Source of the DNA: Spirochaetales bacterium
Lineage (GTDB): Bacteria; Spirochaetota; Spirochaetia; JABEVK01
Reading direction: 5' to 3'
Length of the DNA stretch: 64,000 bases
NCBI GenBank assembly: GCA_037142615.1
Contig: JBAXAI010000004.1
Coordinates: forward strand, 32,001-96,000
Part shown: positions 9,493 through 17,914 of the stretch, in pieces
Layout: every line of letters starts with the position of its first letter
Position numbering within the stretch: position 1 is the stretch's first letter
Program-made: the position numbers and the translations under genes
The notes under the pieces: model-generated
Databases searched by the model: none
Seen by the model: only the letters and a program-made list of their open reading frames with translations
What the model was told of the DNA's origin: nothing

Positions 9493-11496
9493 ATGGCGCG
9501 TTCAGTTCTTGCGGGGTTCAAGCACATTTCCACCAAGTTGCAGTTGATTTTCGGGGGGCTGATTCTTTTGGCCCTCGTCGCTCTCGGTGCCGTGGTGTTC
9601 AGCTTTCTTTCGGCCAACCTGGCGGCTCGCGGTAGTTGGGAACTGGGGGTGAATACCCAGATCATCGCGGCGATGACCGAACACCAGATCAACAAGTCAA
9701 TTGAACAGGGCCTGACAAAACACGCCCAGGACGCGGCGGCGGTTGCCCAGTTTCTGTACCAAAAGGCGCTGGATGGAACCCTCAAAGAGCCCGCAGCCCG
9801 CGAATTGTTCACCCAGTTCATTCTGAAGTCCAACATGTCGAAGATCGGCGACACCGGGTATTTGGCGGCGATCAACAGCAACGGCATCGCGGTGGTTCAT
9901 CCGACGAGCCCGGGCAAGGACTTCAGCACCTACGAGTTCATGCAAAGGGCCCTCAAGCAGAAGAACGGAATCATTTCGTACATGCTCAAGGGGGCCAACG
10001 ACACCGAGGAACGCCAAAAGGTAGGCGGCATGGCCTATTTTGAGCCTTGGGACATGATTATCTGGGCCTCGTCGTACCAGTCGGAGTTCACCAACCTTCT
10101 CGACGTTCCCTCGCTGACAAAAATGCTTTCTGAGGTGGCCAAGGAGCAGAAGGTCGAAATCTTCGTCGTGACCAAGGATGGCAAGGCGATCCTGAACCCC
10201 TACCAGAGCAAGCCTCAGATGCTCGAAGCCGTCGATGCCCAAGGTGTACCGTGGGTTCGGCACCTGCTCGAAAACCCTGCGGGAGTGAGCCTTTTTGAGC
10301 CGCTTGATCCGGCGGGCAAACCCCTGGGCCAACGGACGGCCCAATCCGCGAAGCTCGACCTGCTCCCCTGGGTCATCGTCGTCGCTGTGCCCTCGGTGAC
10401 CATTTCGGAGGCGGCCACGACCTCGCTCCTGATCATCATCATCGCCTCGGTGGTGCTTTTTGTGCTGTTCGTTCTGATTACCAACCGGGTGACCCGCAGC
10501 CTGACGCTGCCCATCACCAACACGCAGGCGCTGCTTTCGAAGGCCCTGGCCGGCGATCTGGCCAAGAGAATCCAGATCGAGAGCGCCGATGAGGTGGGCC
10601 AGATGGGTCAGCACTTCAACGAATTGCTGGCCATGTTGTCGGACCTCATCCAGCAAATCCAGTCCAACTCCACCGAGATCACCGACATGGTGCAGGGTCT
10701 GTCGGCCTCGACCCAGGAGATCAGCGCCACCGCCAACGAGCAGGCAGCGGCCGTCAAGGAAATTGTTTCCACCATTGAAGATACCAATCATCTGGCCAAG
10801 AACATCTCGACCCGGGTCGAGGAAGTGAGCCGCATCGCCACCGACACCAAGGGCAATGTCGAAGAAGGCTTCACCGCTGTGCGCGACAACATCTCCAAGA
10901 TGAACGAGATCCACGACGCCAACGGCAAGACCATTTCGGGTATCAACTACCTCAGCGACAAGATCAAGAACATCTGGGACATCGTGAACATCATCAACAG
11001 CATCGCCGACCAGACCAAGATCATCGCCTTCAACGCCGAACTCGAAGCCTCGAGCGCCGGCGAAGCGGGTAAAAACTTCCAGATCGTCGCCTCCGAGATC
11101 CGCCGTTTGGCCGACAGCACCGTCACCTCGACCAACGAGATCAAGATCCGCATTCAGGAAATTGAACGCAGCAGCGACGCCCTGTTGCTGTCGAGCGAGC
11201 AGGGGACCCTGCAAATTGTTCAAGGCAAGGACCTTTCGCAGCGCATGAACAAACTTTTCGGCGACATCGCCCTGAGTTCCGAAGTCAGCAGCAGTTCGAC
11301 CCAGCAGATCGCCGTGTCGATCCGGCAGCAGGTGAGCAGTTTTGAGCAGATTCTCATCGCCATCAAGCAGATTTCGCAGGGGGTCGACAACTTCGTCGTG
11401 GCCACCAAATCGACTTCGGGCACCACCGAAAACCTGCGCAAGATGGCCAACAAGCTGTCGGCCATGCTCGGCAAGTTCGACATGGGGCAAGGCTGA
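9493..11496 (+). CDS. Methyl-accepting chemotaxis protein with Cache-type periplasmic region
   Basis: Cache-like IGDTGYLAAINSNGIAVVHP; HAMP DEVGQMGQHFN; tip IADQTKIIAFNAELEASSAGEAGKNFQIVASEIRRLA; ATG 9493 after GGAGG. Confidence 0.93.
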   Translation: MARSVLAGFKHISTKLQLIFGGLILLALVALGAVVFSFLSANLAARGSWELGVNTQIIAAMTEHQINKSIEQGLTKHAQDAAAVAQFLYQKALDGTLKEPAARELFTQFILKSNMSKIGDTGYLAAINSNGIAVVHPTSPGKDFSTYEFMQRALKQKNGIISYMLKGANDTEERQKVGGMAYFEPWDMIIWASSYQSEFTNLLDVPSLTKMLSEVAKEQKVEIFVVTKDGKAILNPYQSKPQMLEAVDAQGVPWVRHLLENPAGVSLFEPLDPAGKPLGQRTAQSAKLDLLPWVIVVAVPSVTISEAATTSLLIIIIASVVLFVLFVLITNRVTRSLTLPITNTQALLSKALAGDLAKRIQIESADEVGQMGQHFNELLAMLSDLIQQIQSNSTEITDMVQGLSASTQEISATANEQAAAVKEIVSTIEDTNHLAKNISTRVEEVSRIATDTKGNVEEGFTAVRDNISKMNEIHDANGKTISGINYLSDKIKNIWDIVNIINSIADQTKIIAFNAELEASSAGEAGKNFQIVASEIRRLADSTVTSTNEIKIRIQEIERSSDALLLSSEQGTLQIVQGKDLSQRMNKLFGDIALSSEVSSSSTQQIAVSIRQQVSSFEQILIAIKQISQGVDNFVVATKSTSGTTENLRKMANKLSAMLGKFDMGQG

Positions 11497-11501
11497 CGGC
11501 C

Positions 11502-12011
11502 ATGGACTCCACCGAGATTCTCGAAGGGATCGAGCGGTCTCAAGACCTCGGAGGGCAGGGCACAGTCGTGGCCTCAAGCGACACCAAGTACATCATCTTC
11601 ACGGCAGGGGCCAAGCTCTACGCCTTGCTCGCTGACGACGTTCAGGAAATCATGCTGGGTTCCGAGATCCACTACCTGCCCTTTTTGCCAAGGTTTGTCC
11701 GTGGTTTGATCAACCGCCTCGGAGAACCGCTCACCGTGCTGGATCTCGAGTGCCTTCTCCAGGGACAACCGTTGCAGGGCAAGGCGTTCATCATCCTCAA
11801 GCCCCACCTTTCGAAGATGGCCCTGCTCATCGATGCGGTGCAGGACATCAGTCGGGTTCCCTCGCTGTCTATCCGCACCGTTTCGGAAGGCAGCCAGGGC
11901 CAGGACGCGTTTGTCGATGGCGTCTTCAGCCGCAAGGACGGCGATGTGACCCTTCTGTCGCTGCCCCACATCATTGCTGCGGTTCGGAAGGCCGTCGATG
12001 CTGCGAGCTGA
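11502..12011 (+). CDS. cheW: CheW adaptor
   Basis: YIIF..LYAL..VQEI, LPFLPRFVRGLINRLGEPLTVLDL. Confidence 0.85.
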   Translation: MDSTEILEGIERSQDLGGQGTVVASSDTKYIIFTAGAKLYALLADDVQEIMLGSEIHYLPFLPRFVRGLINRLGEPLTVLDLECLLQGQPLQGKAFIILKPHLSKMALLIDAVQDISRVPSLSIRTVSEGSQGQDAFVDGVFSRKDGDVTLLSLPHIIAAVRKAVDAAS

Positions 12012-12528
12012 CTTTTTGGTGCTGCATTACGGGACTTTCGACCTCCTCTTTGCCCGGGACACGCTCTACGCTTCGACCTTTCGAAAGCCTTGCGAGGGAG
12101 TGACGGGCCGAGCCCGCGTGTCGTTTGGGCAGAAGGCCATCCTCGATATTGACCTTGATTCCTACGTGCGGCACCTGTTTCCTTCGGCCAGCGCGAGCCC
12201 GCCCCACCTGGGTGCCGTCTGCAAGGCCGCCGATCTGGCGGGTGGGAGCGACCAACTCGAGGGCGAGGAGCTTTTTTCGTTGGCCATTCCTTCGGATTCG
12301 GAAGTGCGGGCCTTGGAACTGTCGGAGTTCCGGCCCCTCCCGTTTCACCTGCGCCCTTGCCTCGACCGTCACGGCCTGCGGGCCCTTCGCTTTGAAGGGA
12401 GCCTGATTCAGTTCTTCTGCGACGCCGGAGTCTTTATTCCCGGGTGTCTGGCCTTTCATCAGTACAAAGGAGATAACGATGACCGTTCTGGTAGTTTCCC
12501 CGTCGGCTCTGCTACGCTCCACGCTTAA
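11998..12528 (+). CDS. Hypothetical protein, possibly a highly diverged CheW-like beta domain
   Basis: Fills the gap between cheW and cheB and overlaps both; weak CheW-like pattern (GVTGRARVSFGQKAILDIDLD). Confidence 0.55.
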   Translation: MLRADFLVLHYGTFDLLFARDTLYASTFRKPCEGVTGRARVSFGQKAILDIDLDSYVRHLFPSASASPPHLGAVCKAADLAGGSDQLEGEELFSLAIPSDSEVRALELSEFRPLPFHLRPCLDRHGLRALRFEGSLIQFFCDAGVFIPGCLAFHQYKGDNDDRSGSFPVGSATLHA

Positions 12529-13450
12529 AGAACTTCTGGGCCAGGTGGCAGGGGTCGATGCGGTGAGGGAGTTGGGCTCCGAGCTCCAGTTGGAATCGAC
12601 TCTCGGCCAATACGACCCCGCCCTAGTTCTCGTCGACGAAGCGCTGAACCTCAACCTGGCGCAGGTTGGCGGAGTATCTGGCACCGCGCCGGTCGTGATC
12701 CTCCTTCAAGGTCCCTCAACGCCGTCGCGAGCGCGGGCGTTGGCCAAACCCGATTTTGCCAGCGCGAGCCAAACCGACCTGAAAAAGACCTTTCTGCCCC
12801 TCCTGAGCGAGCTGGTGGTGGCTGCCGACGAAAAGCGTCAGCGAGGGGCCAACCCGCGCAACGGGGGCTCGACGGGGGCGTTTTCCCTGCTCGTGATCGG
12901 GGCTTCCACCGGCGGACCGGCTGCTGTCCGGACGGTCTTGTCCCATTTCGGCCCCGATTTTCCTTACCCGATAGCGTTGGTGCAGCACATCGATACCGGC
13001 TACGACGAGGGCTACGCCGCGTGGCTGGCACAAAACACCCGGCTGAAGGTGCGTTTGGCGCACGAAAACGACAGACCGTTGCCTGGCGAGGTGATCGTCG
13101 GGCCCAACGACGTGCACCTGGTTTGCCAAGGCGAAACCTTTGGCCTCGACGATGGCCCCAAGGTCCTTAGCCAGAAGCCCGCTGTGGACCGGTTGTTTTC
13201 CAGCGTGGCCCGCTACCATGGGGCGGGGGTTCTCGCGGTGCTTCTCACCGGAATCGGCTCGGATGGAGCCAACGGTTGCCTCGACATCGTGAAAGCCGGG
13301 GGCGTCACGATCGCCCAGGACGAAGCCACTTCGACCGTGTACGGCATGCCCCGGGCCGCCGCCGAGTTGGGGGCCGCCACCTACGTCTTGGGCCTCGACG
13401 CCATCGGCCCGGCGGTCCTGGAGCTGATCGCCAAGCGGCAACCATTGTGA
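12479..13450 (+). CDS. cheB: CheB methylesterase with a degenerate N-terminal receiver
   Basis: Catalytic motifs IGASTGG, VQHI, LTGIGSDG, AQDEATSTVYGMP; SD AAGGAG. Confidence 0.92.
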   Translation: MTVLVVSPSALLRSTLKELLGQVAGVDAVRELGSELQLESTLGQYDPALVLVDEALNLNLAQVGGVSGTAPVVILLQGPSTPSRARALAKPDFASASQTDLKKTFLPLLSELVVAADEKRQRGANPRNGGSTGAFSLLVIGASTGGPAAVRTVLSHFGPDFPYPIALVQHIDTGYDEGYAAWLAQNTRLKVRLAHENDRPLPGEVIVGPNDVHLVCQGETFGLDDGPKVLSQKPAVDRLFSSVARYHGAGVLAVLLTGIGSDGANGCLDIVKAGGVTIAQDEATSTVYGMPRAAAELGAATYVLGLDAIGPAVLELIAKRQPL

Positions 13451-14286
13451 TCGGCGAGCAGCGGCTCGAAGAACTGCGCCACTACCTCGAGCACCGGCTG
13501 TCGCTGGTGGTCCCCGAGACCAACTTTTCGCGGTTGGCCGAGTTCGTCGGCGAGCGCCTGGCCGCCCGGGTTTGTTCGTTCGCCGAGTACCTGGAGTACC
13601 TGGCGATCGACGCGGCCGAAATGGACCTGCTCATCCAGGTCTCCACCATTGGCGAGACCTACTTCTTCCGTGACGAAGACCACTTCACCTTGTTGCAACA
13701 GCAAATCCTGCCTTTCTTTGCCTCCCAGGGGCATACCCCCCTCGCTTGGAGCGCCGCCGCCTCCACCGGTGAAGAGGCTTTGTCGCTCGCCGCCCTTTAC
13801 GCCGACTTTTTCGGCAGTACCCTGCCTTTGGGGGGCAAAATCTGGGCCTCCGACATCAACAACCTCGCGCTCGAATCCCTCGTGTCGGGCTCGTATTCCT
13901 TCCGGTCCCTTCGCGACGACGGAAGCCGGTTTCACCCGCTCTTGGAACCCTGGCTTACTCGCGGCACAGACCATCTCCAGGTCGATTCGCGCCTCAACAG
14001 TCAAGTCCAAGCTCGGCATATCAACCTGATGACCGACAGCTTCGAGAGCATCCCTGGCCGCGTTGATATTCTGTTTCTGAAGAACATGCTGATTTACTTC
14101 CCGCTGGAACGTCGAAAGGCCATTTACCGCAAGGTGAGCGAAAAGCTCTCGCCGGAGGGGTTCTTGATACTCGGGAAGTCCGAAGTCCCCTTTTTCGAGG
14201 ATCCCGGGCTGAAACTCCTGGAACACGGAGGACTGTTCTTCTTTGTCGCCAAGACCTCGTCCTTCGAGGCAAGGAGCCTGCCGTGA
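13447..14286 (+). CDS. cheR: CheR methyltransferase
   Basis: TIGETYFFRD, WSAAASTGEE, ASDIN, DILFLKNMLIYF; GTG start overlaps the cheB stop. Confidence 0.88.
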   Translation: MIGEQRLEELRHYLEHRLSLVVPETNFSRLAEFVGERLAARVCSFAEYLEYLAIDAAEMDLLIQVSTIGETYFFRDEDHFTLLQQQILPFFASQGHTPLAWSAAASTGEEALSLAALYADFFGSTLPLGGKIWASDINNLALESLVSGSYSFRSLRDDGSRFHPLLEPWLTRGTDHLQVDSRLNSQVQARHINLMTDSFESIPGRVDILFLKNMLIYFPLERRKAIYRKVSEKLSPEGFLILGKSEVPFFEDPGLKLLEHGGLFFFVAKTSSFEARSLP

Positions 14287-16364
14287 TCTCGACGGAACTT
14301 CTGAGTTTGTTCCAGACCCAAACCCGCGCTACCCTTGTAACGCTTCGCGCACTTCTGGTGCAGGCCCTTCGCAACGCCGACGACGAGATCCTCTGGATAC
14401 GGCTGCGGCGCCTGCTCGAAGCGCTGGCTGCCGACGCCCAGGCTGCCGAAAACACCGGTTTGGCCACGTTGGCAACCGCGATGAACCAGATTCCTACCGG
14501 ACTCCTCGAGGGGCGGTATTCGTTCGGCCCGCTCTACGTCAAGCTTTTGATGCTGCTCGCCGAGCACCTCGAAGACCTTCTGGGTGCCGTGTCGCAAACC
14601 ACCACCGAAAGGCTCGTCACCCTGTGCGACCTGTGCAACCGGGCCTACAACCGCGAGTCGTTTTCGCTCAAGGGGTTCTCGCTGGCCGAAATGCTGCAGC
14701 AAAAGCTGGCGCCGGAGGCCGCCAAGCTCGAGGCCAAGGGTGAGGAGTCGGTCCAAGTGAGCCTCGAGACGGTGGAACGCCTGGGTGAGAGGCTTAATTC
14801 GGTGATCGTGCACCAGTTCCAGCTCAAAAAGAACGGCGACGGCCTCTCGCTGGTCGAAGAAGCCGTGCGTGACCTCCTCGGGGGGTTGGCCGCCGGAGAA
14901 GCGGGGCCCAAAACGCGGCAGCGGGCCGAAACCGTTTTGAAGGACCTGCAGACTCTGGGAACCGGCCTCAAGGAAGACCTGCTGGCGGTGGACCGCTCGT
15001 CGTTTGGACTGCAGGAAGAGATTGCCCGGCTGCGCATGTTGCCCTTCCAGGTGATCTGCGAGCGATTGTCGGCGCACGCCCGCAAGCAGGCCCAGGGGGC
15101 TGGCAAAACCGTTGAGTTAGGCGTTCAGGGCCAAGACACCCTGCTCGACAAATCGATTCTCGAGCTGGTTTTGGTCCCGCTGTCGGAACTGCTTTCGAAC
15201 GCGGTGGCCCACGGAATCGGGCCCGGTGGCGACGGACAGGTGAAACTCGAGTGCTCGAGCGACGGCACCTCGATCCGCATCGCCGTGGTCGATCACGGTC
15301 CCGGGGTTGACTTCGAAGCGCTCCGCACGGCGGCTTTGGCGGCTTTCCCGTTGGAGCGTGCCGAAATCCTGGCCATGGGCGCCGAGCAGTTGACGAGGTT
15401 CCTGTTCGAGCCGGGCCTGGGAAACCGAACCGGGCTCGCCGCTGTCAAAGAAGCTCTCGACGCCATGCAGGGCAAAATCACCGTGGAATCGCCAACGGGA
15501 GCCGGTACGACGGTCGTGCTGCAAATCCCGGCTTCCGTGTCGCTGGTGAGCGGTTTTTTTGTCCGGGCCGGGGGCGAGAGGTTCTTCATTCCCGCCGTGT
15601 ACGTGCGCGAAGTGGTCATTTTTCAGCGCAGCCAACTGGTCAGTTTGCCGGGAGGACCCGTCTACCCGCTGCGGCAGGAAATGGTGCCCGTTGTTCCCCT
15701 GGCGAACGTGTTCGAAGGCAAGGAGGCCCTGCGCAAAGAGGTCGAGCAGATGGCCGTCATTTCGCTGCTAGGCGAAACCTGGGGCCTCATTCTCGACACG
15801 ATTGTGCGCCACGCGACCCTGGGCTACAAACCGCTTCCCGACAACCTTTCGTCGCTCAAGGAGGTGCAGGGCCTCGTCTACGACGAAAAGTTCAACCTGG
15901 TGCCCATCCTGAGCATCCCGGCGATCATCATCCAGATCCGACGCCTGCGCTCGATCGAGTTTCGCCAGCGCTACCAAAGAGCCGACGTTTCGGGGCGCAA
16001 TATCCTCTTGGTGGATGACAGCCTGGTCTCCCGCCAGACCTTGGGGCGCATCCTGACCGACGGAGGTTTCACCGTCGAGGTGGCCGAAGACGGTATCGCG
16101 GCGCTCGAATTGCTGCACCACAAATACTTCCATCTGGTGATCACCGACGACGAAATGCCACGGATGGATGGCCTGACTCTGGTCGAGAATCTGCGCAAAG
16201 AACCCGAGTACGTCGAAGTGCCCGTCATCGTCCTGGTCGCCGAACGCGACGGTGAGGCCGAAGGCCGGTTCCGCAACGCTGGCATCCGCGACTTTTCCCT
16301 CAAGTCCGACTTCGACCGCCACGCCTTGCTGCGCGACATCCGTCGGCTCTTGGCGCGGGGCTAG
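14283..16364 (+). CDS. Degenerate CheA-REC hybrid (His-less Hpt, truncated ATP lid, CheW domain, REC)
   Basis: RLRMLPF, ELLSNAVAHGI, DHGPGVD, GKITVESPTGAGTT, CheW domain, REC ILLVDDS..ITDDEMPRMDG; the Hpt helix reads LRRLLEALAADA. Confidence 0.85.
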   Translation: MISTELLSLFQTQTRATLVTLRALLVQALRNADDEILWIRLRRLLEALAADAQAAENTGLATLATAMNQIPTGLLEGRYSFGPLYVKLLMLLAEHLEDLLGAVSQTTTERLVTLCDLCNRAYNRESFSLKGFSLAEMLQQKLAPEAAKLEAKGEESVQVSLETVERLGERLNSVIVHQFQLKKNGDGLSLVEEAVRDLLGGLAAGEAGPKTRQRAETVLKDLQTLGTGLKEDLLAVDRSSFGLQEEIARLRMLPFQVICERLSAHARKQAQGAGKTVELGVQGQDTLLDKSILELVLVPLSELLSNAVAHGIGPGGDGQVKLECSSDGTSIRIAVVDHGPGVDFEALRTAALAAFPLERAEILAMGAEQLTRFLFEPGLGNRTGLAAVKEALDAMQGKITVESPTGAGTTVVLQIPASVSLVSGFFVRAGGERFFIPAVYVREVVIFQRSQLVSLPGGPVYPLRQEMVPVVPLANVFEGKEALRKEVEQMAVISLLGETWGLILDTIVRHATLGYKPLPDNLSSLKEVQGLVYDEKFNLVPILSIPAIIIQIRRLRSIEFRQRYQRADVSGRNILLVDDSLVSRQTLGRILTDGGFTVEVAEDGIAALELLHHKYFHLVITDDEMPRMDGLTLVENLRKEPEYVEVPVIVLVAERDGEAEGRFRNAGIRDFSLKSDFDRHALLRDIRRLLARG

Positions 16365-16366
16365 CG

Positions 16367-17914
16367 ATGTTCGTCGTGCTGCTGGGCGACGCGGCGTTGT
16401 GGCCCGAGGTGTGGCGTGCCCCGCCGTTGCAGTTCCTGTGCCTTGCCAGCGACGACGGGTTCGCCGATTTCGACGGGGGCTCGCTGGACACGGTTCCCGA
16501 CCTTGTCGTGCTCGACCAACCGGGCGCCCCAGGGTTTCTCGCCCTTCTGAACCACCTCAAGTTCCAGTTTTCCGAGAACCGGACCCGACTCGTCGCCTGG
16601 TCGGGAACCCCGAGCCCGCGCGAAGTGTTTGTGTGCCACAACGCGGGGCTACTCCTTTTGCACCCCGGCCTGGTCGAGGAACTTCCTTCGCTGGAGGCTC
16701 TACCCAGGCCCGTTCTTCCTGGTTCGCCGAGGCCGGAGGCGCTGAACCTCGAAAATCTCGGGTTCGCGCTGAGCCTGCACCAAAACCTGACCCAGTCGTT
16801 TTTGGAAAGCCAGAACCCGACGGCGCTGTTTTGGCACCTGCGAAATGCCTTTTCCCTGGTTTCGAATCCGGACATCCTGGTATTCATCCTGAAGGACCGC
16901 CCGCAAATCAAGGCGACAATCTTCTCTGGGCCCGGCCTCGCCACCACCGAGTGCGATTATTTTTTACGTTTCTGCCAGCAGGATTTTTTGGGGACCGACC
17001 GGTTTGTCGACCTCGAGTCGATGGAAGTCGAGTACCTCGAAAAGGACCAGCGGCTCTTGACGGGGCGGGGCCGGGGAGCGCTGAGCTCGTATTGGTTCCA
17101 CGAGCTGAAGGACCCGCAGGGAACGAGCCTCGGGACGGTTCACAGCGGCAGTTTCAGCAACCAGTATTTTACCCCCCTGGTCGAGCGGCGTCTGTCGTAC
17201 CTGGCGGTTCTGGTGGGGCCCCTGGTCGGCATGATGCAGCGCGGCCAGCAACTGAGCCGACGTTTCGTGTCGCTGAGGGCCCTGTTCGGAAAGTTCCTCC
17301 CCGACCCGGTGGTGGAAAAACTTCTGGCCGCCGAGCAGGATGGACCGTTGGAAGAGGGCCGGAAGCAGGAGCTGGCCATTTTGTTTTCCGACATCCGGGG
17401 CTTCACGTCGATCACCGAGCGAAACGGTGCCGAGGCGGTGGTCGGCTTCCTGAACCGGCATTTCGACGCCATGGTGACGGCCATTGTGGCCCACGGCGGC
17501 GTTGTCGACAAGTTCATCGGCGATGCCATCGTCGCGGTGTTTGGCATCAACCCGCTGCCGACTTCGGCGGCCGAGGCCGCTGCCCGGGCCGCGCGGGCCA
17601 TGATGGCAACCCTGAACACCGTGGACCTTTCGGGTCTTGCACTCGAAGGCAACGCCTACCGCATCGGCATCGGCCTGCACTTCGGCGAAGTCGTTCTCGG
17701 CTACCTGGGCTCAGACGAAAAGACCTCGTTCACCGTCATCGGAAAGGCCGTGGAAACCGCCGAACTCCTGGAGTCGTCCACCAAGCTTTACCACGTCGAT
17801 ATTTTGGCTTCCGGGGAACTGCGCGACCAGATTCAGGCCGAAGACCTGGCGTTCATCGACCTCGGCAAGCTGGAAGACGCCGAAGGAGACACCCTCAGGG
17901 TGTATACGGTATGA
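16367..17914 (+). CDS. Class III nucleotide cyclase subunit: metal-binding Asps present, transition-state Asn/Arg absent
   Basis: FSDIRGFT and DKFIGDA present; FTVIGKAVETAELLE replaces GDxVNxAxRLE; no KGK. Confidence 0.85.
   Translation: MFVVLLGDAALWPEVWRAPPLQFLCLASDDGFADFDGGSLDTVPDLVVLDQPGAPGFLALLNHLKFQFSENRTRLVAWSGTPSPREVFVCHNAGLLLLHPGLVEELPSLEALPRPVLPGSPRPEALNLENLGFALSLHQNLTQSFLESQNPTALFWHLRNAFSLVSNPDILVFILKDRPQIKATIFSGPGLATTECDYFLRFCQQDFLGTDRFVDLESMEVEYLEKDQRLLTGRGRGALSSYWFHELKDPQGTSLGTVHSGSFSNQYFTPLVERRLSYLAVLVGPLVGMMQRGQQLSRRFVSLRALFGKFLPDPVVEKLLAAEQDGPLEEGRKQELAILFSDIRGFTSITERNGAEAVVGFLNRHFDAMVTAIVAHGGVVDKFIGDAIVAVFGINPLPTSAAEAAARAARAMMATLNTVDLSGLALEGNAYRIGIGLHFGEVVLGYLGSDEKTSFTVIGKAVETAELLESSTKLYHVDILASGELRDQIQAEDLAFIDLGKLEDAEGDTLRVYTV

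Noticed and set aside
16252-17910. Apparent 1136-aa ORF spanning both cyclases
   Set aside because: The first 553 codons are an off-frame shadow of the 16367-17914 gene; the real protein starts at the ATGA overlap at 17911.
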